From Candidatus Edwardsbacteria bacterium (GTDB lineage: Bacteria > Edwardsbacteria > AC1 > JBFLXN01), in the NCBI GenBank assembly GCA_040755715.1, contig JBFLXN010000014.1, positions 1 to 12,346 on the forward strand: 12,346 nt of DNA, written 5' to 3'. The translations under genes were made by a program, and so were the position numbers. Under the pieces are notes generated by a model. That model saw nothing but the letters and a program-made list of their open reading frames with translations. It did no database searches and had not been told where the DNA came from. This document shows, in pieces, positions 1-6,836 of the stretch (positions are counted from its first letter, which is position 1; each line of letters starts with the position of its first letter).

Positions 1-331
1 CGAAATCCTCGGTTTTTACTAAAATTGCACCTCTTTGGATAAGCTTCGATATAATTTCATAATTTTTGCTGCCACCTTTCAGTCCCTCCTCAAGTATCTT
101 CTGGCCCATAGCCCCATCTGCAACCATTCCATCCTGATACACCTTAAAGTTAGCCACCTCTAATTTCTCAAAATATCTGGCTATTGAATCCCAGAAGCCA
201 GAGATAGTTTCTCTATGTTGCTTCCAAAACTTCTCCCCGAAACCTGCAATACCTCTTTTGTCCACCTGCCTAGCAATACTTCCAAGATCGGCACTCATGT
301 GGATGATTGGAACATAGATTAATTTTCGCAT
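1..331 (-). CDS. hypothetical protein, N-terminal 110 codons (gene continues past the left edge)
   Basis: This ORF is absent from the supplied track because it has no stop inside the window. Manual minus-strand translation from the ATG at 331-329 gives MRKLIYVPIIHMSADLGSIARQVDKRGIAGFGEKFWKQHRETISGFWDSIARYFEKLEVANFKVYQDGMVADGAMGQKILEEGLKGGSKNYEIISKLIQRGAILVKTEDF, open to position 1. The ATG overlaps the TAA of the upstream ORF (TAATG). No family recognised. Confidence 0.5.
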   Translation of the reverse strand, partial: MRKLIYVPIIHMSADLGSIARQVDKRGIAGFGEKFWKQHRETISGFWDSIARYFEKLEVANFKVYQDGMVADGAMGQKILEEGLKGGSKNYEIISKLIQRGAILVKTEDF

Positions 332-597
332 TATTTTCCTAATCCTTTAGCTTTTATTAAAAGTTCTGCTGTCTGTTTACGCAGGGTAGATATGGTTCTG
401 CAATTTTTACAATCCTCGTTTTTCTCATCATATTTTTCACAAGACAAAAGCATCTCCACCTCTTTCTTTAAGTGACTCGCCCTTTCGGCTTTATCAGTTA
501 CTGCCTTTGCCTCGTTGATATCGCGGGTCAATTCTTTAATGGTCCATTCCCTTTTTAGAAATATAGGGCACTTTATCTCTGGTTTTGGTTCTGCCAT
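331..597 (-). CDS. small hypothetical protein (88 aa, 4 Cys, charged and helical-looking)
   Basis: Track ORF. Its ATG at 597-595 overlaps the upstream TGA by 1 nt (TGATG), and its TAA overlaps the next ATG (TAATG), so it is translationally coupled on both sides. No family recognised. Confidence 0.55.
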   Translation of the reverse strand: MAEPKPEIKCPIFLKREWTIKELTRDINEAKAVTDKAERASHLKKEVEMLLSCEKYDEKNEDCKNCRTISTLRKQTAELLIKAKGLGK

Positions 598-1502
598 CAG
601 CGTTTAACCTCTGGGATCTGTTTTTCGCTTCCTAACTTCTGCAATCTGACCTCCAATATATTATTATGGTATCTTCTCACAATTCCTTCGCTGTCAACTT
701 TTGCTGGAAGAGAAACCTCTTCATAGTAGTTAGATTCGGGAGTTTTACAAGAGACGGTAAGTCTATCTTCATCTACCCCTAATAATATATCCTCTTCCTG
801 GGCACCTTTTAATTCCATAATGATGTTTAGATGGTCGCCTTCATCAAAGATATCCAATAACAATTCCTCTTTATCTTTTTTTAATTTATCCCCTCCGATA
901 ATCCACCAGCTAAACATAACTTTCTTTCCTGTGGATTCATCAATCTTACATCTTTGGAATACTAAAACCGGAAAACCTATCAGCTCTTGAGCCGTTGGAT
1001 TAATAATATTTCTTACCCTGTGGAGAATATCCATATGATTTGGCGCATTATAGCTGTGAGCCAATTCGTCAATGGTGGCATGTCTATTTTGCCAGACAAA
1101 AAGAAGTATATTTTGGCTCTCAGGATCTAACTCTTTGGCAATCTTATCTATTCCCTCTTGATTTATTTCCAATAGGCTTCTTTCAAATATCTTATTTTTC
1201 CACATCTCTACATCTTTTACCATAATCCAGGCCTTTGAAGCAGTTGCACCGCCTTGATTTCTATAAGAGATACAAAGGGCGTCCTTACTTCTTAATGTAA
1301 AACCCCTCTGTTGAATGCTGATTCCTTTTATATTTTCTAAGGACGTCTGGAATATAATCCTCGCCGGCTGCCAAAGAAAAAGCCTCAGGTTAGTCAGGTA
1401 CAGATGCCCTGGTTTCCAGCCGCTGCGTAGATTATCTTTGTAAAAACCCGGATCGCTTAGTATAACCTCTTCATTCGCTTTTAATTCAGGCTTATTTTTC
1501 AT
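597..1502 (-). CDS. PH/GRAM-like domain plus possible winged-helix module plus C-terminal alpha-crystallin (Hsp20) domain fusion protein
   Basis: The track ORF is 597-1598, and the codon at 1598 is TTG. The N-terminal motif GWKPGHLYLTNLRLFLWQ resembles bacterial PH/GRAM (G-x-LY-x-T-x-x-RL). The C-terminus, LLLDIFDEGDHLNIIMELKGAQEEDILLGVDEDRLTVS...VRRYHNNILEVRLQK, reads as an alpha-crystallin domain. The start is uncertain. ATG 1502 gives an 11-nt overlap with the upstream ORF. ATG 1565 is preceded by GGAAAG. TTG 1598 is the longest option. Confidence 0.8.
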   Translation of the reverse strand: MKNKPELKANEEVILSDPGFYKDNLRSGWKPGHLYLTNLRLFLWQPARIIFQTSLENIKGISIQQRGFTLRSKDALCISYRNQGGATASKAWIMVKDVEMWKNKIFERSLLEINQEGIDKIAKELDPESQNILLFVWQNRHATIDELAHSYNAPNHMDILHRVRNIINPTAQELIGFPVLVFQRCKIDESTGKKVMFSWWIIGGDKLKKDKEELLLDIFDEGDHLNIIMELKGAQEEDILLGVDEDRLTVSCKTPESNYYEEVSLPAKVDSEGIVRRYHNNILEVRLQKLGSEKQIPEVKR

Positions 1503-1767
1503 CTTTTCTGTAGTGTTTATAAGTAAAACCTGGATGTCTTGCACCACCGGGTTTGTTATCTTCATATTCTTTCCGTTTATATTTTGACCTTTTATCAAAT
1601 TCTACCCCTGTAGAATGTATTATCTGGGCATCTTCACCAGTTGAGTATTTAACCGAATATCTTCTTCTCTTTTTTGCCCACTCATCCCAGTCCATAGCTG
1701 TGGAGTGTCTCACCTTTGTGCCGCGGCCAGTAGAATACCCTGAAGTTTTAGGTGTCTTGGATTTCAT
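1492..1767 (-). CDS. small basic protein with four [HY]-S-T-[GA] repeats (hypothetical)
   Basis: ATG at 1767, preceded by AAGGGATAA (SD-like). The ORF fills what would otherwise be a ~180-nt gap in a compact operon. The motif occurs four times as GYSTG, HSTA, KYSTG and HSTG. Its codons differ mostly at wobble positions (CAT/TAC/CAC/TAT; TCT/TCA/TCC/TCT; ACA/ACT/ACA/ACT; GGG/GGT/GCT/GGC), which argues for selection at the protein level. Confidence 0.55.
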   Translation of the reverse strand: MKSKTPKTSGYSTGRGTKVRHSTAMDWDEWAKKRRRYSVKYSTGEDAQIIHSTGVEFDKRSKYKRKEYEDNKPGGARHPGFTYKHYRKDEK

Positions 1768-1782
1768 TTATCCCTTTTTTTC

Positions 1783-2355
1783 CTATTTCCATTTCCAATT
1801 ACAGGTCTTCCAATCATCAGGCACAGAAGGATGGTCTAAAATTCCTGTTTTCCCGCCTGCGTTATCAGTCTCCTTGACTACGTCCTCCTCGTCGACTTTG
1901 GGACTTTGCGGGGCAGGGGACGGAGCTTCCTCACATGGTTCATCTTGAGAGGAATCGAGGGCTTCAGCTGCTTCTTCCTCTTCTACGACCTCTTCGAAGA
2001 CTATCCCGCATTTCGGACAAACTGTTGTGTTTTCTTTTACGGCTGTGCCACAGCTCACACATTCATATCCTTCTATCTCTTCTACTTCTTTTTTGGTCTC
2101 TTCAGTGCCCATACTACCTCCAAGTTCTTTCTCGCCCTCGCCTTCGCCCTTAACCTGTTCTTCTCCCAAGGAAGTAATCCTGTATAAAGCAAACCTACCG
2201 GGCGAAAGCCTTTCTATATACCCTTTCTCCCACAATTTTTTGCATATATCATAGGCATAATTTATTGTAACCCTTAAGTTCCCGGCAATAGTTACGGTAT
2301 TTCCCTGTTTAATTTCCTTAAATTTTTCTAAAATCTTTTTCTCGTTAGGGGTCGT
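1783..2355 (-). CDS. winged-helix DNA-binding domain plus acidic linker plus zinc ribbon protein (putative regulator); non-canonical or damaged start
   Basis: The track ORF 1783-2235 begins at an internal TTG. The frame stays open upstream to the TAA at 2361-2359. That upstream part encodes the rest of a complete wHTH: TPNEKKILEKFKEIKQGNTVTIAGNLRVTINYAYDICKKLWEKGYIERLSPGRFALYRITSLGEE. A perfect SD, AAGGAGGT, lies at 2368-2361, with ACG 6 nt downstream at 2355-2353. There is no ATG, GTG or TTG between 2358 and 2236. The zinc ribbon is CVSCG-x11-CPKCG. Confidence 0.6.
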   Translation of the reverse strand, partial: TTPNEKKILEKFKEIKQGNTVTIAGNLRVTINYAYDICKKLWEKGYIERLSPGRFALYRITSLGEEQVKGEGEGEKELGGSMGTEETKKEVEEIEGYECVSCGTAVKENTTVCPKCGIVFEEVVEEEEAAEALDSSQDEPCEEAPSPAPQSPKVDEEDVVKETDNAGGKTGILDHPSVPDDWKTCNWKWK

Positions 2356-2405
2356 CTTTTACCTCCTTATGTTCTTGGTTATTATTCTATCCTTATGCCA
2401 ACATT

Positions 2406-2858
2406 TCAATATTCGATAGATACAGATTTCCACTTCTTTTCGGCTCTACTCCCTTTGCCTTGGCGCCCTACTTTTTCTTGAAGAGTAGTCAATCTATTGG
2501 GTCCACGATTACGAATTACCAACCACGACCCACGAGTAGGTCCAGATAATTTAATCTCGGCTCGAGAGTGAGGTCCGAGTTTTGTCTCCTCTAACACATC
2601 ACCTTCTAAGGTAAGCCTTCCATTTTCATCTATCCTGCCTTGACTTTCCATCATAGTAACTTCGAACTGTGAAAGGCGCGGGACCATGCTTTGCAGATGA
2701 TAAACAATCAAATATGGCCACCGCATGCTTCCTTTAATCCTTACTACTTTAATTCCCACTGGGCTTGCGAGATTTAATCCCGCTTCCCTTCGAATATTCG
2801 AAGGAATAGATAATCTACCCTCTTCATCAATTTCGCTAAATCCTTTTAACAGCGGCAT
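2406..2858 (-). CDS. tandem AbrB/SpoVT/MraZ-like (swapped-hairpin) domain protein, putative DNA-binding
   Basis: There are two copies of the D-x-x-GR-L/I signature. The first is [21 protein letters not shown] and the second is [21 protein letters not shown]. The ATG at 2858 overlaps the Hsp70 gene end by 23 nt. Confidence 0.7.
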   Translation of the reverse strand: MPLLKGFSEIDEEGRLSIPSNIRREAGLNLASPVGIKVVRIKGSMRWPYLIVYHLQSMVPRLSQFEVTMMESQGRIDENGRLTLEGDVLEETKLGPHSRAEIKLSGPTRGSWLVIRNRGPNRLTTLQEKVGRQGKGSRAEKKWKSVSIEY

Positions 2859-4602
2859 CTTTTGTTTCTATCTTTAGATTTCTCTTTATCCGTTTAAACG
2901 CATTATAGACAATCTCAACCAGCTTTCTTAATTCATCAATTTTTACCCTGGTCTCTTTATATTCACCCTTGGATAAAGTTGTCTTTATTGCCAGGATTAG
3001 TTTCTCTATTTTTTCTACATCTGACCTATCTATTAGACCCTCTCCTTCTTCCAGAACCATCTCTGCTGCTTGTATCATACTTTCCGCTCGAATGCCCATT
3101 TGAATCTCTTCTTTTCGCTTTTGGTCTTCCTTGGCATGAATTCGGGCATCTTCTATCATCTCGTTAATCTGGTCCTTGGTCAGCCGGGAAGAAGAACTGA
3201 TCTGGATACTTTTTTCATTATCGGTATGTAAATCCAAGGCTCTGACTTGTAAAATCCCATTGGCATCTATATGGAATGTCACCTCAATCTGAGCTTCACC
3301 CCTTCGACCGGGTGGAATATCAGTAAGCTCAAACTTACCCAGACTTATATTATCGAAGCTCAGGAATCTCTCTCCCTGCAAGACATGGATATCGACCTGA
3401 GTCTGGTTATCTTTAGCTGTCGTAAATATCTGACTGCTGGATGTAGGAATGGTGGTATTTCTTTCTATGATCTTAGCAAATATCCCTCCCTCAGTCTCAA
3501 TTCCTAAAGAAAGGGGAGTAACGTCTAACAATACCACATCTTTTATTTCCCCAATCAAGATATTGGCTTGAATTGCTGCGCCAAGAGCCACTACCTCATC
3601 CGGATTTATATCCTTATAAGGTTCTTTGCCCAGAAGCTCTCGAGCGAGCTTTTGCACAGCAGGCATTCTGGTGGAGCCTCCTACCAAAACTACCCTGTCT
3701 ATCTGGCCGGGGTTGAGCTTTGCATCAGAAAGGACCTGTTTAGTAGGCTCTATCATCTTCTCTAATAAATCCCTGGTTAGCTCTTCAAACTGCTCTCTAC
3801 TCATAGTCAGATGCAGATCCATATCTTGTATGAGAAATGGGATTCTGATATCTGCAAACCTTTTTGTGGAAAGTTCTTTTTTTGCCTTCTCTGAAGCCTC
3901 TTTCAACCGCTGTAAAGCCACCCTATTTCTTCTTACATCCACTCCATGCAACTTCTGAAAATTATCAGCCAAATAATCCATTATCCTCTGGTCCCAATCA
4001 TCTCCGCCAAGATGTGTATTTCCCCCTACTGCCTTCACCTCAAACACGCCATTGCCCAACTCTAAAATAGATACATCGAAAGTGCCTCCACCCAAATCCC
4101 ATATTAGAATATAGTGTATATCCTGCTTGTGTAAGCCGTAGGCCAGGGAAGCAGCAGTAGGTTCATTTATAATCCGCATTACCTCTAATCCGGCTAAGGC
4201 GCCTGCCTCCATAGTCGCCTGGCGCTGGTTATCATTAAAATATGCAGGAACTGTAATTACTGCTTTCTCTATTTTCTCGCCCAAATAATCTTGCGCATCT
4301 TCCTTGACCTTACGAAGGATTAAGGCCGAAATCTCTTGGGGGGTAAATTTTCTCTCGTCAATCTCTACCCCATAATCAGTGCCCATCCGACGTTTAATAG
4401 ATGCAATGGTACGTTCTGGATTTGCAACTGCCTGGGTTCTGGCAAGATTGCCTATCAGCTGCCTCCCTCCATCGGCAAAGGCAACCACTGAAGGAGTAAG
4501 CCTTCCGCCTTCAGCATTGGGTATAATCTCAGGCCTCCCATTGTTTATAAAGGCGGCTACTGAAAAGGTAGTGCCTAAATCTATTCCTATTACCTTACTC
4601 AT
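2836..4602 (-). CDS. dnaK: Hsp70/DnaK-family chaperone paralog (588 aa)
   Basis: Hsp70 motifs present: [56 protein letters not shown] substrate-binding domain ([13 protein letters not shown]) and a helical lid are also present. The true start is the ATG at 4602-4600 ([12 protein letters not shown]), in an ATGA overlap with the upstream stop. The 34-aa extension in the track lies inside the upstream gene. Confidence 0.93.
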   Translation of the reverse strand: MSKVIGIDLGTTFSVAAFINNGRPEIIPNAEGGRLTPSVVAFADGGRQLIGNLARTQAVANPERTIASIKRRMGTDYGVEIDERKFTPQEISALILRKVKEDAQDYLGEKIEKAVITVPAYFNDNQRQATMEAGALAGLEVMRIINEPTAASLAYGLHKQDIHYILIWDLGGGTFDVSILELGNGVFEVKAVGGNTHLGGDDWDQRIMDYLADNFQKLHGVDVRRNRVALQRLKEASEKAKKELSTKRFADIRIPFLIQDMDLHLTMSREQFEELTRDLLEKMIEPTKQVLSDAKLNPGQIDRVVLVGGSTRMPAVQKLARELLGKEPYKDINPDEVVALGAAIQANILIGEIKDVVLLDVTPLSLGIETEGGIFAKIIERNTTIPTSSSQIFTTAKDNQTQVDIHVLQGERFLSFDNISLGKFELTDIPPGRRGEAQIEVTFHIDANGILQVRALDLHTDNEKSIQISSSSRLTKDQINEMIEDARIHAKEDQKRKEEIQMGIRAESMIQAAEMVLEEGEGLIDRSDVEKIEKLILAIKTTLSKGEYKETRVKIDELRKLVEIVYNAFKRIKRNLKIETKDAAVKRI

Positions 4603-5672
4603 TTGGCTACCTGGGCTATTTTCTTCTTTAACCGTGGGCTGACCCAGCCGCAGTTTACGCAACCCTTTTCTAATAGCTCTAAGGCGTTTGCCTTTTTTCC
4701 GCATTGAGGGCAGGCTTCTGTTCTTTCTCTAAATGATATGATTCGGGTAAGCGCCCTCTCCCACTCATACATTCCCTCTCCTGAAAAAGAGGCAACCTTT
4801 CTTTGAGAACCACCTTCACCCAGCCCTTGCGCGCAAGAGCTGGGTTCATATATTACGTCAAAGACCTTTTTCTTCTTTAATACCGGGCTCAAATTCCTTA
4901 CATCTATAGCAGAACCTAATATCTTTTCTGAAGGGACTTCAAAAGCCAATCTCTTTTCAAAATCATACCACCAGCATAATCTCTTATTTGTTATATACAG
5001 ATGACCGGGCTTCCAGATACCATCTGATGAGGCCATATGCCAGGCCTTGCCCTTGTGAGTAATCGTTTCTCCTTCTGTCAGGAAATCTAATGTCTCTTCC
5101 TCATATTCGGGTAGAATAAGGTTTTCATCAATTATAAGTCCGCCTAACTTTATCGCCTCTTTTATAGACTCACCTAATTTATCTATCTCCACAGACCGCA
5201 GACGCGCTAATCTATCATCCTTAAGAATAAGTAAGAGCGTATCTTCTTGTATCAAGAGCCCCTTTATCTCATCTAAAGAGGTTTGAAACATCACTTCATT
5301 AAGCTCTTGATTCATGAGCAGCAGTCTTTTATCAGTTAAATAAATCTGCCCCGGTCTCCAACTAACATAGATTCCTTTGGCATAAAAAAAAGAGCCCAAC
5401 ATCTTAAGTTTAAGCTCTTCTCCCTGGATTAAAGAAATCTCTTTTTTAGCTCTATTATCTTTTTCCCAGGCGCGAATCTTCTCATCCCATGCCTTCATCA
5501 TGCCATACTCGAGCATAGTCTCCATGCCGGCCAGGGCGGCTCTTAAATTAACACCGATTAAAGGGATGCCCGCCACAGAGATGATAATGTCAGCGTTGAT
5601 CACCAACCCCTTATCCAGGACCCTATCCAATAAATCAACCAATGTGACCCGTGCATCTCTGGTTGGCTCCAT
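4599..5672 (-). CDS. GvpA/J/M-family (GvpM-like) N-terminal domain fused to two PH/GRAM-like domains and a C-terminal zinc ribbon
   Basis: The N-terminus [49 protein letters not shown] matches the gas-vesicle structural core (LxxVxDRxLDKGxV...). Two PH-like motifs follow, [15 protein letters not shown] and [16 protein letters not shown]. The C-terminus is [25 protein letters not shown]. The ATG at 5672 is preceded by AAGGAG. Confidence 0.85.
   Translation of the reverse strand: MEPTRDARVTLVDLLDRVLDKGLVINADIIISVAGIPLIGVNLRAALAGMETMLEYGMMKAWDEKIRAWEKDNRAKKEISLIQGEELKLKMLGSFFYAKGIYVSWRPGQIYLTDKRLLLMNQELNEVMFQTSLDEIKGLLIQEDTLLLILKDDRLARLRSVEIDKLGESIKEAIKLGGLIIDENLILPEYEEETLDFLTEGETITHKGKAWHMASSDGIWKPGHLYITNKRLCWWYDFEKRLAFEVPSEKILGSAIDVRNLSPVLKKKKVFDVIYEPSSCAQGLGEGGSQRKVASFSGEGMYEWERALTRIISFRERTEACPQCGKKANALELLEKGCVNCGWVSPRLKKKIAQVAK
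4815..4848. repeat. second copy of the 26-bp palindrome (one mismatch), flanked by direct ttca, inside the GvpM-like fusion CDS
   Basis: cccagcccttgcgcgcaagagctggg lies at 4819-4844, with ttca at 4815-4818 and 4845-4848. Element plus one flank is 30 nt, or 10 codons, so it is in frame. It encodes [10 protein letters not shown]. Confidence 0.7.
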
Positions 5673-5691
5673 ATGTCGCTTCGCTCCTTTA

Positions 5692-5733
5692 TCAGAATTC
5701 AGAAGTCAGATTTTTCTATCCTCTGTCCTCTGT
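5692..5733. promoter_or_regulatory. two sets of tandem heptamers in the 85-nt gap upstream of the GvpM-like fusion gene
   Basis: TCAGA occurs at 5692, 5699 and 5706, with a 7-bp period. cctctgt occurs twice in tandem at 5720-5733. Confidence 0.25.
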
Positions 5734-5757
5734 TACCTGTTTTTCTATGCTTTGGCT

Positions 5758-6522
5758 TTAGGCGAATGAGTATGGTGGCCAGGGGCCTGTAAATCGAACG
5801 ATCAACCCATTTTCTTTTTTAATCTTTTCTAAAACTTCGCCAAGCCTTTTGACATTTTCCTTAGCAACCAAACAGGATAAGTTCATGATCATCTGTAAGT
5901 TCTCATCTACTTTTTTAGCCTTATCTATATGAATATCAAAAACTTCTTTCTTTATCCGAGCATAAAAGTCCTTAAAATATTCATCGGCCTTTTTTCCCAT
6001 CTCTTTCCTTAATAGATTCTTTATCTTCTCTTCATACATATAGGCTGTGCCCGGTGGTTTAGACTTCAACTCCTCTTTCAAATTCTTAATCTCTGGGCTA
6101 TCTTCGGCTATTCTTTCAACCATAACCTTGGGATCCCATAAAATCTGGACTCCATATTCTTCTTTGCCCTTGACTTTATTTAATCTTTCTTTTAGATTCT
6201 GGTAATCTTTTTGCAGCCACTTTTTCATATTTTCTTTCGGGTCTATGCCTTCTTCGCCAATAATTATGGTATCAAATGCCAGAGGCAGGACAGTACCAAA
6301 CCTCTGCCAGGCATAATCCACTACCTTCTGGTGAGTCATTACCCAACCTTTTACAATATCTTTATCTTCTGATTCGTAGGGGTGAGGTTCACAGTTGTGA
6401 ACAACGGCTGAAATTTCCTGGTATGGAAGAGTGTAAACGTTGCTCCCATCAATTCCAATCTCACCCAGGCTTACCTTTTCGTTGCCATCAGCTATGCAGT
6501 AGAGATATATACCGTCGTTCAC
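5758..6522 (-). CDS. gvpF: gas vesicle protein GvpF/GvpL family
   Basis: N-terminus GIYLYCIADG, then VLPLAFDT, then C-terminal FTGPWPPYSFA, which together are typical of GvpF/L. The preferred start is the GTG at 6522-6520. It forms a GTGA overlap with the gvpK stop and is preceded by AAGGAGA with an 8-nt spacer. The track's ATG at 6549 lacks an SD and overlaps gvpK by 31 nt. Confidence 0.88.
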   Translation of the reverse strand: MNDGIYLYCIADGNEKVSLGEIGIDGSNVYTLPYQEISAVVHNCEPHPYESEDKDIVKGWVMTHQKVVDYAWQRFGTVLPLAFDTIIIGEEGIDPKENMKKWLQKDYQNLKERLNKVKGKEEYGVQILWDPKVMVERIAEDSPEIKNLKEELKSKPPGTAYMYEEKIKNLLRKEMGKKADEYFKDFYARIKKEVFDIHIDKAKKVDENLQMIMNLSCLVAKENVKRLGEVLEKIKKENGLIVRFTGPWPPYSFA

Positions 6523-6836
6523 TTGGCTGTCTCCTTTATTTTTTCCCATCTCGTGGGATTAGCTATTTTATCTATAACATCGTTGACTATATTATCTAAA
6601 CCATCTCTCACTGATTGAACTGCCTCACCAACCCCTTGTTCCTCTTTTATATGCTCTATTGCGACGTCGAGTTCCTTAAGCGCTCTACCCAGACGTTCTA
6701 TCTCTTCTTCGTTTAGGCTTCCACCCTCCATTCGCTTTACCGCCTGAAGTTTAAGGGCATCTCTGATTATTTCAACCAAGGCAAGCACAAGGCCTAAAAC
6801 ACCGCTTTTAAGATTATCTTCATTGATATCTATCAT
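6519..6836 (-). CDS. gvpK: gas vesicle protein GvpK
   Basis: GLVLALVEIIRDALKLQAVKRMEGGSLNEEEIERLGRAL matches the GvpK core as I remember it. The ATG forms an ATGA overlap with the upstream stop. Confidence 0.88.
   Translation of the reverse strand: MIDINEDNLKSGVLGLVLALVEIIRDALKLQAVKRMEGGSLNEEEIERLGRALKELDVAIEHIKEEQGVGEAVQSVRDGLDNIVNDVIDKIANPTRWEKIKETAK

Noticed and set aside
2120-2150. Repetitive gccctcgccttcgccctt tract, considered as a DNA repeat element
   Set aside because: It encodes a GEGEGE acidic low-complexity linker in the wHTH-ribbon protein, so it is explained by the coding sequence.
4603-4704. 34-codon N-terminal extension of the Hsp70 ORF ([14 protein letters not shown]...)
   Set aside because: It lies entirely within the C-terminal coding region of the upstream gene. 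The canonical Hsp70 N-terminus, [12 protein letters not shown], begins at the ATG at 4602 in an ATGA overlap.
6523-6549. ATG at 6549 as the gvpF/L start (track call)
   Set aside because: It has no SD and overlaps gvpK by 31 nt. The GTG at 6522 has AAGGAGA at an 8-nt spacing and a GTGA overlap, and it gives the usual short N-terminus before the YLYC motif. The ATG is kept as an alternative start only.
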